Positions 43,631-53,077 of a stretch of 64,000 nucleotides of DNA are shown piece after piece (within the stretch, counting starts at the first letter, position 1; the number at the start of each line of letters is the position of its first letter). Origin of the DNA: a bacterium (GTDB lineage: Bacteria > Vulcanimicrobiota > JAZDOK01); the NCBI GenBank assembly GCA_043798715.1, contig JAZDOK010000095.1, forward strand, positions 6,284-70,283. Reading direction: 5' to 3'. The translations under genes and the position numbers were made by a program. Below the pieces are notes generated by a model, which was given only the letters and a program-made list of their open reading frames with translations, did not search any database and was not told where the DNA came from.

Positions 43631-44050
43631 CTACTCCAGGTGATGAACCTTAGCACCTTTGTGTTTGACCAGGTATTCCGCAACCAGCAGACGATGGCAC
43701 TCTACAACGCGCTTCTCGGCGCAGAGGAGACAAAACGGCCCGGGGATTTCCGTAAGTCCCGCGGTGAGAAACTCGCCGGATGAGTCGAGCAATTCCTGGT
43801 AGCGGCGCTGCCAGTCGGGATATTCGAGGAACACGTTCCCCAGCTCGATAAGAGAGCGATAACCGATGCCCGCATCGGAGAGCCATTTCTCGATACCCTT
43901 GTCGGGGGTCCTGGCCTTGGCCCAGATGCCCATGTATGCATGGTCCGGGCGAAGGCGGATATCGATGACCGTTCGAATATTATTTTGCTGCAAGAGGGCG
44001 AGAAATTCCTCCTGGCTGCGACCACCATAGCCGACCGTGAATACTTCCAT
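43631..44050 (-). CDS. DUF488 family protein
   Basis: FTVGYGGRS, IDIRLRP, CLLCAE...CHR. Confidence 0.85.
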   Translation of the reverse strand: MEVFTVGYGGRSQEEFLALLQQNNIRTVIDIRLRPDHAYMGIWAKARTPDKGIEKWLSDAGIGYRSLIELGNVFLEYPDWQRRYQELLDSSGEFLTAGLTEIPGPFCLLCAEKRVVECHRLLVAEYLVKHKGAKVHHLE

Positions 44051-44137
44051 TATTCCCTCCTTTGCCGCCGTAATGCCAGATAATAGATAATAGGGAGAGA
44101 TTGTTAAATAAAATGGGCGCTGGCGTCCCTATTTCCC

Positions 44138-45688
44138 TTAACTTTTTTCCTGGAGATGCTTAACGGGTTCCCCTGTTTTTTGATGGGGCTTTAATTGCTT
44201 CTTTTTTTCCTTTATCATTTCTTTCAGGATCATCTGAACAAAATAATTATTGGGATTAAGTTTAAGAGCCTCCCTGGCATGAATTATTCCCTCCTCAAAA
44301 TGCCCGGCGAGATAAAGTTCATAAGCCAGCCTGATATGTGATTCTTTAATATTGGGCGGCATTAAGCGAAGTGATTTTTTGAACTCTTCAATCGCCTTCT
44401 CATGGAGCCCATTCTTCCCATACACTATTGCCAGGCCAAAGTGAGGGTAATATGATTCCGGCGCCTTTTGGAGAGTATCGCTCCAGAGCAAGAAATTACT
44501 TGACCACAGAGTCGCCCTCTCCAGAGTCAATATCGAGAGGAATGAGAATATAAGCAGCAGGAGACCCTGGATAAACAGGAGCATTTTTACTTTTTGCTTT
44601 ATTATTGAGTAAAACAAACCAAAGGCCAGGCACAACCCGTATGAAGGCAAGAAGAGATAGCGGTCGGCAAGAAAGTAGTTTGAATTGAAGAAAATTCTCA
44701 GATATAGAGGAAGGGAGGACAAAAGAAACCAGCCCAGGGCAAAAAAAATCTTTTTGTCTTTAATAAAAGCATATACGAGGCCCCCGGTAAAAAGTAATAT
44801 ACCGATAAGTGACCAGATCACATTGGGATTTGCCAGGCTGGTTTCAACTTTCATCGGATAGACAGCGCAAAGATTGACCGGCCAGAATATTAATTTTAAA
44901 GTCTGCCCCATAAGAGAAACGGATGTCAGTAACTTATAATAAAACGGTAAATTTTGGGTCTCCACCATGCGCTCTCTGAATGCATCAGAGATGTAAAGTA
45001 GAAGCCCAAAACCAATGACCAGGAGAAAGAAGGGAACAACTGCCCTGAATTGTTCTCCGAATTTCTTGAGACTTCGGCTTGAAAAAAGATAGAGGAGGAT
45101 TAAAATCGGGAGAACAGCCGTGAGGACCTGGGTGAGAAGGGCGGAGATAAAGAGCAAAACCGAGCTGAAATAATAGAACAATTTTTTTTCTTTCTCCCAC
45201 CTTATAAAGAGGTAGAAAGATGCCATGCAGAATAAAGTTCCCAGAAGGTGGCACCGCCCTAAAACCCAGGCCACCCCTTCCGCGTGCACCGGATGAATAG
45301 CAAAAATAAACAAGCTCAATAGAGCAATTTCGGGATCCTTACACAATGCCAGGCTAACCAAGAGACACAGATAGAGAAGTACGACAAGCAAGAGCAGGTT
45401 TGTGATATGGTAGCCCACCGGATTCGACTTCCAGAAGATATAATCCACAGCGAGAGAAAGAAACAAGAGGGGATGGTAGTAGTTAGATGGATCAAAACCG
45501 GGCTTAAAGATTGCCCCGTAGTGCCCTTGTAACCCCCCAATCAAGGGAATGTAATAGTCGTCGTCCAGGGAGCTGAATTCTCCCTGCAGAGAGGGAGAAT
45601 AAAGTACAATCGCCACCAACACAACAAAGAGAAAACCAAAAAGCAGGAAAGCTCCAGGCGACTGACTTATAGAAGAATTTGGTTTCAA
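44138..45688 (-). CDS. TMTC-like GT-C glycosyltransferase with TPRs
   Basis: LDD, YHPL, YHITNLLL, HPVHAEGVAW..GR, ADRYLFLP; C-terminal TPRs. Confidence 0.8.
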   Translation of the reverse strand: MKPNSSISQSPGAFLLFGFLFVVLVAIVLYSPSLQGEFSSLDDDYYIPLIGGLQGHYGAIFKPGFDPSNYYHPLLFLSLAVDYIFWKSNPVGYHITNLLLLVVLLYLCLLVSLALCKDPEIALLSLFIFAIHPVHAEGVAWVLGRCHLLGTLFCMASFYLFIRWEKEKKLFYYFSSVLLFISALLTQVLTAVLPILILLYLFSSRSLKKFGEQFRAVVPFFLLVIGFGLLLYISDAFRERMVETQNLPFYYKLLTSVSLMGQTLKLIFWPVNLCAVYPMKVETSLANPNVIWSLIGILLFTGGLVYAFIKDKKIFFALGWFLLSSLPLYLRIFFNSNYFLADRYLFLPSYGLCLAFGLFYSIIKQKVKMLLFIQGLLLLIFSFLSILTLERATLWSSNFLLWSDTLQKAPESYYPHFGLAIVYGKNGLHEKAIEEFKKSLRLMPPNIKESHIRLAYELYLAGHFEEGIIHAREALKLNPNNYFVQMILKEMIKEKKKQLKPHQKTGEPVKHLQEKS

Positions 45689-45853
45689 TACAGGCCGCCT
45701 GAAGAGAGGAAATCCTCAATGTTTTTCCCCGGGATGTGGTAGCACTCCCATATGAGAACTATCTTCCTGAGATTAAATACTTCGACCACCCCGGGGAAAT
45801 TCTAAAGTGAGCAGGAGATTTCCTCCCGGCGGGGATGTCCGCTCGATGGAGAA

Positions 45854-46996
45854 TCATTTGCCAGTTTGTTTCTTAAACAGTTCCGGGGCCATGACCTTGA
45901 CAAGGGCGAAGTTAATATTGTCGGCTGCTCCTTCAACAGAGCTGGGATACCTGTTGATCAGCGTGATACTAGTGGATTTATAGGCCGGGAAGTAGTACAT
46001 CGATGAGTTGTAGCCCGGTACCTCTCCGGAGTGACCAAGCGCAATTCCCGCGTTCATCACGCCCAGCCCGTACGATTCGGTATTCGGTGCGGAGAACTTC
46101 ACCTGCTCGGTGTGCATCTGCCTGCTGAGGAGCTTGCCGGTAGCGAGCGCCTGCGCCCATAACTTCAAATCGTCCAGGTTGCTTATTATCCCTCCTGCCG
46201 TCCAGAAAGGCGTAGGGGAGCAGATGCTTAAGTCTTCAAGTTTGCCGGTGCCATTCTGTTCGCCCTCGGCCGGTACGTAGCCGTGCATGTACGGGCCGGG
46301 CAGGTCCGGGGTCATGGGGAAGGAGGTGTTCTTAAGGCCGAGCCGGTCTATTATCCTCGTGGTGATTTCGACGCCCGCCGTCCTGCCGGTCACCTTCTCT
46401 ATAATCATCCCCAGCAGGATATAGTTGGTATTGCAGTACATATACTTCTGTCCCGGTGGAAAGACCGCCGGGTGCGCGATGGCGATGTCCACCATCCGCT
46501 GCGGCGCCCATGCGGCCCCGGGACTTTTTTTGAACTCGTCCCAGAAGGCCCCGTCGTCAGTGTAGTTAAAGAGACCGGAGGTCATGTTAAGAAGCTGCCT
46601 GATGGTGATTCCGTCCGCGCCCGGCACCTGCGGCTCGTACTTGCTCAGCCTGTCGTCCAGCGAAAGCTTCTTCTCGTCGACGAGCTGGAGGACGACCGTG
46701 GCGGTGAAAGTCTTGGTGAGGCTCCCGATGCGCAGTTTGTCTGTTATCTTCGGGGCGGTACCGGTACTTATGTCGCCCTTGCCCGCTCCCAGAACCCAGG
46801 TGCCCTTGCCGGGAAACCACATCCCCACGATGGCCCCGGGCACCTTGTACTTCGCCATCTGAGAGTCGAGGGTCTTCCGAAGGGTGTCCCACTTACTGAG
46901 GGTGCGCGCCGAGGCGTACGAAACGCACGCGAACACGCACAGGCACAGCAGAACTGCGATAACAGGGTATCTGATATCATGTCTTATTTCTTTCAT
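45854..46996 (-). CDS. Secreted serine hydrolase, beta-lactamase/D-Ala-D-Ala carboxypeptidase family
   Basis: SLTK, YCN, HSG motifs; signal peptide. Confidence 0.87.
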   Translation of the reverse strand: MKEIRHDIRYPVIAVLLCLCVFACVSYASARTLSKWDTLRKTLDSQMAKYKVPGAIVGMWFPGKGTWVLGAGKGDISTGTAPKITDKLRIGSLTKTFTATVVLQLVDEKKLSLDDRLSKYEPQVPGADGITIRQLLNMTSGLFNYTDDGAFWDEFKKSPGAAWAPQRMVDIAIAHPAVFPPGQKYMYCNTNYILLGMIIEKVTGRTAGVEITTRIIDRLGLKNTSFPMTPDLPGPYMHGYVPAEGEQNGTGKLEDLSICSPTPFWTAGGIISNLDDLKLWAQALATGKLLSRQMHTEQVKFSAPNTESYGLGVMNAGIALGHSGEVPGYNSSMYYFPAYKSTSITLINRYPSSVEGAADNINFALVKVMAPELFKKQTGK

Positions 46997-47165
46997 CCTG
47001 AGTCCTTTTCTTCCGTCCCTATTTTCCTTATTATTCCTCCTTGGCATTCGTAGTCCTTCAGAAAGGCAAGCCTAAAAGAGTAGTTTGGCGCAACAAGGCT
47101 TACGCTGCAAGATGAAGAGGAATTTATCGGCCCATGAAGAACGAATGGGCTGGAGGTAGTATTCA

Positions 47166-47885
47166 GTGGAAAATAATGGATCAGTGACGTTTAAAGGCAC
47201 GCGGCATGGCATCCTGGTGAGCATTTCCGAGCAGGATGATTTTTTTTCGACCCTCGCTGAATTCAAATGCAAAATGGGGGAAAATCACTCTTTTTTCAAA
47301 AATTCGCCTCTGAGTCTGGACCTGGGCTGGAGGGAGCTTGATCCGGATGAACTGGAGGCCCTCCTAAAGATCATAAGGGATGAAGGAATCAATCTTCAGG
47401 GAATCATCAGCGCCTCCCAGGCTACCAGGGGGCTGGCCGAAAATAAGGGCATCAAGGTCATCATCGGGAGGCTGGGCCTCTCCGAACACCGGGGAAAGGC
47501 CCCGGGGCGAGGAAAAAGACCTGAGACGCCTAAACCCTTCCACACCGAAGCGGACACCCTTCTCGTCAAGCGCACGCTCCGCTCCGGACAGCAGGTGGAT
47601 TTCCCGGGAAATGTAGTAGTGGTGGGAGACGTCAACCCGGGCGCGGAAATCCGGGCGGGCGGGGACATCGTGGTGATGGGAATTCTGAGGGGCGTCGCCT
47701 TCGCCGGATCCTCCGGCAACCGGAACGCCCAGGTGATCGCCTACCAGTTGAAACCGTCCCAGCTTCGCATCGGGGATCTCATCGGGACGCCCGATGAAGT
47801 CAAGCCGTCTAAGCCCGGCCTTCCCATAGTGGCGCGGGTGAAGGGCGAGGACATAATAACCGCCCTCTTCGGGAGCAGAGATTGA
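47166..47885 (+). CDS. minC: Septum site-determining protein MinC
   Basis: TLRSGQ...GDVNPGAEI.AGG.I.V.G.LRG. Confidence 0.93.
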   Translation: MENNGSVTFKGTRHGILVSISEQDDFFSTLAEFKCKMGENHSFFKNSPLSLDLGWRELDPDELEALLKIIRDEGINLQGIISASQATRGLAENKGIKVIIGRLGLSEHRGKAPGRGKRPETPKPFHTEADTLLVKRTLRSGQQVDFPGNVVVVGDVNPGAEIRAGGDIVVMGILRGVAFAGSSGNRNAQVIAYQLKPSQLRIGDLIGTPDEVKPSKPGLPIVARVKGEDIITALFGSRD

Positions 47886-47898
47886 GGAGGTAATCGCA

Positions 47899-48702
47899 TT
47901 GAGCAAGGTAATTGTCGTGACCTCCGGGAAAGGAGGCGTGGGGAAGACCACCGCCACGGCCAATATCGGAAGCGGCCTGGCCCGGGCAGGTAAAAAAGTA
48001 GTTCTTATAGACGCGGACATCGGCCTTAGAAACCTGGACCTGGTGATGGGACTGGAAAACCGGATTGTATTCGACCTGGTGGACGTGGTCGAAGGAAGGT
48101 GCCGCACCTACAAGCAGGCCCTGATCCGAGACAAACGCTTCCCCGATCTTTATCTTCTTCCCGCCGCCCAGAGCAAAAACAAGGATGCAGTCCAGCCGGA
48201 GCAGATGGCGGATATCTGCCGGCAATTGAAGGAAGAGTATGACTTCGTCATAATTGACTGTCCGGCCGGCATCGAGCACGGATTCAAAAACGCCATCGCC
48301 GGGGCGGATGAGGCGATTATAGTTACCAACCCGGAGGTCTCGGCCGTCCGCGACGCCGACCGCATTGTGGGGCTCCTCGAATCCGAGGACCGTTTTTCCA
48401 CCCACCTCCTGGTCAACCGGATAAAGATGGAGCTTGTCCGAAAAGGGAAAATGCTTAACATCCAGGACATCCAGGAGATTCTGAATATCGCCCTTCTGGG
48501 AATTATACCGGAGGATGAGCGCATTTTGAATGCCAGCAACAAGGGAGAGCCGGCCATTCTAGACGCCAATTCCAAGGCCGGCCTGGCCTATGGCAAAGTG
48601 GTGGATCGCCTCCTCGACCCGACGATCCCATGGGATACCCATTCTAACAACGGGGGCCTCTGGGGAAAGCTGAAACGTTTCTTTACTGGCGCGAGAGCCT
48701 AG
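47899..48702 (+). CDS. minD: Septum site-determining ATPase MinD
   Basis: SGKGGVGKT, DIGLRNLD, C-terminal amphipathic helix. Confidence 0.96.
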   Translation: MSKVIVVTSGKGGVGKTTATANIGSGLARAGKKVVLIDADIGLRNLDLVMGLENRIVFDLVDVVEGRCRTYKQALIRDKRFPDLYLLPAAQSKNKDAVQPEQMADICRQLKEEYDFVIIDCPAGIEHGFKNAIAGADEAIIVTNPEVSAVRDADRIVGLLESEDRFSTHLLVNRIKMELVRKGKMLNIQDIQEILNIALLGIIPEDERILNASNKGEPAILDANSKAGLAYGKVVDRLLDPTIPWDTHSNNGGLWGKLKRFFTGARA

Positions 48703-48721
48703 AGAAGGAAGGTTTGAAGAG

Positions 48722-49171
48722 ATGCTGAAAGAGATGCTCGAATTCTGGACAAAGTTCGAGTTTATTCAAAAGATTTTCCGCAAGGAAGAGCAAACGGGGA
48801 AAATGGCCAGTGATCGGCTCCGGCTGGTGCTCATCCACGACCGTTCCAATTTTTCGCCCCTTATGATGGAGTCGCTGAGGGAGGACCTTATCAAGGTCAT
48901 CAGCAGGTACATGGATATAGACAGCGACAACATGGAGATGGGCCTGGATCAGAAGGACGGCACTATGGCCCTGGCGGCGAGCATTCCAATTTTGAAAATA
49001 AAGAAGACATTCAGCGTGGCGGCCCTGGAAGAGCGCCCGGAGAAGCAGGAACCTTACGAGGCGCCTCCCCTTCCCCACCCACACCGCCCGGTGACAACCG
49101 CCCCCAGGACCAAGCCCAAGAGCCGCTCCAAGAGCGCCCCTCCCAAGCGGCATAGAACCCGCAGGAAATAG
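48722..49171 (+). CDS. minE: MinE with C-terminal extension
   Basis: A.DRLRLVLIHDR...L..VISRY. Confidence 0.88.
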   Translation: MLKEMLEFWTKFEFIQKIFRKEEQTGKMASDRLRLVLIHDRSNFSPLMMESLREDLIKVISRYMDIDSDNMEMGLDQKDGTMALAASIPILKIKKTFSVAALEERPEKQEPYEAPPLPHPHRPVTTAPRTKPKSRSKSAPPKRHRTRRK

Positions 49172-49179
49172 GAGTAAAT

Positions 49180-50274
49180 TTGTTTCAGCATTGGTGGAAG
49201 AGAATCGACTTTCCACTGTTGCTGGCCGTTCTTTCACTGGTTGCCTTTGGATTCGTACTGATTTACAGCGCCACTGGAAGAGGACCTGAAACAACTGGTG
49301 AAGTCGATCGGCAGTTTCTCTGGTTTATCGCGGGTTTTTTTATGATGCTCCTCATGGCCCTGGTGGACTATGAGTTCTGGGGCAAGATGCATCGCTGGAT
49401 TTACGCGCTGAACTTCTTTCTTCTCCTCTTAGTCCTCGTTCTGGGACACGAGTCCGGGGGGAGCCAGCGCTGGCTGGCCCTGGGGCCTCTGACCATCCAG
49501 CCGTCCGAGATAGCAAAAATCTTTTTTATAATGACGCTGGCCCGATTTCTGTCAACCCGGATGGGGCAACTCACCATAAGGGACGTCGCCATTTCTCTCC
49601 TTCATCTTGCGATTCCGATGCTGCTCATTCTTAGACAGCCGGACCTGGGGACCGCTCTGGTGCTGCTGGCCATCTATTTTGTGCTCATGTTCATGGCCGG
49701 GGTCTCCCCGTGGTTTCTGGCGGGTCTGTGCGGCCTGGGCGGAGCCGTTGCTCCATTCGTCCTCAAGGACTACCAGAAAAAGCGTTTTCTGGTTTTCCTG
49801 AACCCCGAAGGAGAGCCTCACGGCGGCGGATGGAACCTCATCCAGTCGAAAATCGCCATCGGCTCAGGAAAACTTCTGGGGAAGGGTCTTTTTGCAGGAA
49901 CCCAGGGACAGTTGCGCTTTGTCCCTGAACATTCGACCGACTTCATCTTCACGGTCGTCGGAGAGGAGCATGGCTTTATGGGTGCCATTATTCTCCTGGC
50001 ACTTTACTTTTTCATAATCTGGCAGGCCATCCGAATTTCCTGCCAGGCCAGAGACTCCTATGGCAGCCTTATCGCCGCAGGAATCATGACGATGTTTCTC
50101 TTTCACGTAGTGGTCAACATAGGCATGACGATAGGCATCATGCCTATCACGGGGATACCCCTTCCCTTCCTCAGCTACGGGGGAAGTTCGCTTCTCACGA
50201 ACATGATGGCGGTGGGCCTCCTGCTTGGAATCTCATTCAGAAGGGAAAGTCATCTTTCGGAGGTCAGCCTGTGA
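49180..50274 (+). CDS. rodA: SEDS protein RodA
   Basis: QPSE.AK, QPDLGTA, QSKIAIGSG, PEHSTDFIF, PFLSYGGSS. Confidence 0.92.
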   Translation: MFQHWWKRIDFPLLLAVLSLVAFGFVLIYSATGRGPETTGEVDRQFLWFIAGFFMMLLMALVDYEFWGKMHRWIYALNFFLLLLVLVLGHESGGSQRWLALGPLTIQPSEIAKIFFIMTLARFLSTRMGQLTIRDVAISLLHLAIPMLLILRQPDLGTALVLLAIYFVLMFMAGVSPWFLAGLCGLGGAVAPFVLKDYQKKRFLVFLNPEGEPHGGGWNLIQSKIAIGSGKLLGKGLFAGTQGQLRFVPEHSTDFIFTVVGEEHGFMGAIILLALYFFIIWQAIRISCQARDSYGSLIAAGIMTMFLFHVVVNIGMTIGIMPITGIPLPFLSYGGSSLLTNMMAVGLLLGISFRRESHLSEVSL

Positions 50275-50789
50275 GCACAATGGTAAGCATGAAGCCCATC
50301 GGTTTTGTAAAAAACAGGATCCGGCCGCACGAAAATATTTTAAACTACCGGGAGGAAATCTCGGAAATAATCATCGAACCTTCCCTTGAGGAAGCGCTTG
50401 AAGCCCTTGAAGAAAATTCGCACATCCTGATCATATACTGGATGGACCGCGTTCCGGAGGATGAGCGGGGCCTCCTGAAAGTGCGTCCCTTAAGAAGAGA
50501 TGACTTGCCTCTGGTGGGCATCCTGGCGACCAAGGCCCCCAACCGGCCCAATGGAATCGGGGTTACTACGGTAGAGCTCCTCTGCAGAAATCGTAATGTT
50601 CTGAAGGTGAAGGGCCTCGATGCGTGGAATGAAACTCCGGTTCTGGACATTAAGCCGTTTACCCTCACCCCGGAGACCCTGCCCGTGATTAGAGGCCCCC
50701 GGTGGGCCCCAAAATCGGGAAGAAAGGAAGCAGTTGATGGCGCATATCGGGTTCCTCCTGACGAAGAGCCCCGTTCAATTCAGGTTTGA
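50271..50789 (+). CDS. trmO: TrmO/TsaA family tRNA methyltransferase
   Basis: G.LAT.APNRPN.IG.T.V, V.GLDA..ETPVLDIKP. Confidence 0.85.
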   Translation: MSTMVSMKPIGFVKNRIRPHENILNYREEISEIIIEPSLEEALEALEENSHILIIYWMDRVPEDERGLLKVRPLRRDDLPLVGILATKAPNRPNGIGVTTVELLCRNRNVLKVKGLDAWNETPVLDIKPFTLTPETLPVIRGPRWAPKSGRKEAVDGAYRVPPDEEPRSIQV

Positions 50790-51084
50790 TGAGACTGTAT
50801 ATCATCTCTCCCTCGCCCTCCTTAACTCGGGGCACTCTGTGTCGGTTTTTCTTTTTCTGGACGGCGTCCATGGGGCCATTAAACCTCAAATCAACCCTGA
50901 GATCAGCGTCCTTCCGAAGGATCGCATCGAAGAGTTGAACGGAAAAGGCGTTCGCTTCCTGGCCTGCGGGACCTGCGCGGATGCGCCGGAGGGGGACCAG
51001 GCATTTGTGCCCGGCGTAAAATTCGGGAGTTTTGCTGATTTCGCAGATTTATTGGGAGAGGTGGATCGCCTCATTTCCCTTTAG
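50737..51084 (+). CDS. DsrE/TusD-like sulfur relay protein
   Basis: VFLFLDGV, ACGTC. Confidence 0.75.
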   Translation: MAHIGFLLTKSPVQFRFDETVYHLSLALLNSGHSVSVFLFLDGVHGAIKPQINPEISVLPKDRIEELNGKGVRFLACGTCADAPEGDQAFVPGVKFGSFADFADLLGEVDRLISL

Positions 51085-51095
51085 GGAGGACATCA

Positions 51096-51446
51096 GTGGC
51101 TCAAAAAGCGATTGCAGTAATTCTGAATAATTTCCCGGCAAGTTCCGCTCTGTGCCCGGAAGGTTTGCGAGCGGCAATCGGACTGGCCTCGGGATTTGAC
51201 GAACATAAAATTTCCATTATTCTTACGGGGGATGGGACCTGGCTGGCGTTGAAAACACTGGACCGAAGCGTCCTGGGAAAGTACCTGATAAGCCTCAAGG
51301 CATTGGAAGTTCCAATTTATGCCGACAGAAAAAAAGTTATGGACCTGGGACTTTCCGAGGCAGATATTGCTGAGGACGTGACGCTCCTTGAAAGCGAACA
51401 AATAAAGAGAACGCTTCAGACAACGGATCTCGTGCTCACCCTTTAG
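51096..51446 (+). CDS. DsrF/TusC-like protein
   Basis: EGLRAAIGL, ILTGDG; follows the DsrE-like gene. Confidence 0.7.
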   Translation: MAQKAIAVILNNFPASSALCPEGLRAAIGLASGFDEHKISIILTGDGTWLALKTLDRSVLGKYLISLKALEVPIYADRKKVMDLGLSEADIAEDVTLLESEQIKRTLQTTDLVLTL

Positions 51447-51456
51447 GAGGCGCACC

Positions 51457-51714
51457 ATGCTCTACCTGCTTGGAAACGGAAGTAAAACGGAGGGAATTGA
51501 ATTTCTCATGGGGGATGCCTCGGCGATCGGGGTGCTCTTTCAGGACGGAATCTATCTGAAATGCGATCCCCTGGAGGGACGCGAAATATATGCCATCCGG
51601 GACGATGTGGACTTCCGCGGGATGGAGGGGCTGCTGCCGGGTTGGATTCGAAGAATTTCTTACGAGGAACTGGTACCTCTGATTGAGAACAACAGCGTGA
51701 TCAGTTTTATTTAA
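51457..51714 (+). CDS. DsrH/TusB-like protein
   Basis: LFQDGIY..YAIRDD..RG..ISYEELV. Confidence 0.75.
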   Translation: MLYLLGNGSKTEGIEFLMGDASAIGVLFQDGIYLKCDPLEGREIYAIRDDVDFRGMEGLLPGWIRRISYEELVPLIENNSVISFI

Positions 51715-51737
51715 AGTCATTTCACAGGAGGCGGACT

Positions 51738-52040
51738 ATGACGGCATTTGATGAGCTTAAGGAAAAAATTTCCGGTAATGTCCATAAGTATTCCCAGAAG
51801 AGTGGATACCCCCTCGATCCCGATCAGGAGACGGTCTCCATGATCATCGAGGGGCTGGCCAAAAACAAGGAACGCTACGGATATGCCTACTGTCCCTGCC
51901 GGGTGGTGACGGGCGATCCGGCGGAAGACCGCAAGATTATCTGCCCCTGTATCTACCACCGGGATGAGATCGCCAAGGACGGACACTGCCACTGCCATCT
52001 TTACACCGGAAGCGCCCCTCAGGTAAAGAAGCGGGATTAA
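51738..52040 (+). CDS. Ferredoxin-thioredoxin reductase catalytic-subunit-like protein
   Basis: YCPCR...ICPC...CHC.LY. Confidence 0.85.
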   Translation: MTAFDELKEKISGNVHKYSQKSGYPLDPDQETVSMIIEGLAKNKERYGYAYCPCRVVTGDPAEDRKIICPCIYHRDEIAKDGHCHCHLYTGSAPQVKKRD

Positions 52041-52595
52041 ATGACCATCAAAAGCGACCGCTGGATTAAGATCATGGCCGGGGAGCACGCGCTGATTGCC
52101 CCATTTGAAGATTCACAGGTGAGAGAAGGCATCATATCCTATGGTCTTTCTTCTTACGGCTACGACATACGCGTCGCAGACGAATTCAAGGTTTTCACCA
52201 ATATCCACACGACGATCGTGGATCCAAAAGCCTTTGACAACCGCTCTTTCGAGGACTTCAAAGGAAGTGTCTGCATCATTCCTCCCAACTCATTTGCCCT
52301 GGCCAGGAGCTACGAATACTTTAGAATACCCCGCAACATCCTGGCCATATGCGTTGGCAAATCCACCTATGCCCGGTGCGGCGTCATCGTTAACGTTACT
52401 CCGTTTGAGCCCGAGTGGGAGGGGTATGCCACTCTTGAAATCTCCAACACCACTCCCCTGCCGGCGAAAATATATGCCAACGAGGGAATCGCCCAGGTCA
52501 TCTTCCTGGAATCCGACGAGGTCTGCCGGGTCTCTTATGGAGATAAAAAAGGTAAATATCAGGGACAGAGCGGAATTACACTTCCAAGAATCTGA
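52041..52595 (+). CDS. dcd: dCTP deaminase
   Basis: [31 protein letters not shown]. Confidence 0.95.
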   Translation: MTIKSDRWIKIMAGEHALIAPFEDSQVREGIISYGLSSYGYDIRVADEFKVFTNIHTTIVDPKAFDNRSFEDFKGSVCIIPPNSFALARSYEYFRIPRNILAICVGKSTYARCGVIVNVTPFEPEWEGYATLEISNTTPLPAKIYANEGIAQVIFLESDEVCRVSYGDKKGKYQGQSGITLPRI

Positions 52596-52603
52596 TGTAA
52601 TTG

Positions 52604-52636
52604 AAAGGGGAGCATTCATCACGCTCCCCTTTTTTC
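52604..52636 (+). terminator. Intrinsic terminator, probably bidirectional
   Basis: AAAGGGGAGC-loop-GCTCCCCTTT followed by a T-run, between convergent genes. Confidence 0.8.
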
Positions 52637-52658
52637 TGTAGTTTCTTTTCCCTTGATG

Positions 52659-52835
52659 CTATTTAGGTGTTATAGCGCTTACGGGACAGATATCTACACA
52701 ACTCCCACAATCCGTGCAGACATCGGGATTGATGTGGTATTTTCCGTCTGAGCCCTCTGCTATCGCTTCTACGGGGCACTGGCTGGCACAGGCTCCACAG
52801 GCGACACACTCTTCGGCATCGATTACATGCGGCAT
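52659..52835 (-). CDS. 2[4Fe-4S] ferredoxin (58 aa, missing from the ORF track)
   Basis: MPHVIDAEECVACGACASQCPVEAI...CTDCGSCVDICPVSAITPK; GGAGG SD. Confidence 0.93.
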   Translation of the reverse strand: MPHVIDAEECVACGACASQCPVEAIAEGSDGKYHINPDVCTDCGSCVDICPVSAITPK

Positions 52836-52904
52836 AAAACACCTCCTCTTTTATTCCCAACAGCGGCGGCCCGGGAAGGCCCGTACTCCGCAATTGGCAG
52901 GGCC

Positions 52905-52933
52905 ATTATACCATGCAGGCATGGTATTGTCAA
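52905..52933 (-). promoter_or_regulatory. Consensus promoter with palindromic operator for the ferredoxin gene
   Basis: TTGACA-17-TATAAT; ATACCATGC-AG-GCATGGTAT at 52908-52927. Confidence 0.8.
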
Positions 52934-53077
52934 AAAAATGAATTTTTTCTAAGTCACTCTATTCCAGCGCATCCTGCCAGACAGGAAAGAACCAGCATCA
53001 GTAATAAAAGCCAACGCACGCCCATTCTTCGCCTCCTCCCGTCCTTTGAATGATGATATCACATTTTTATTCATTTC

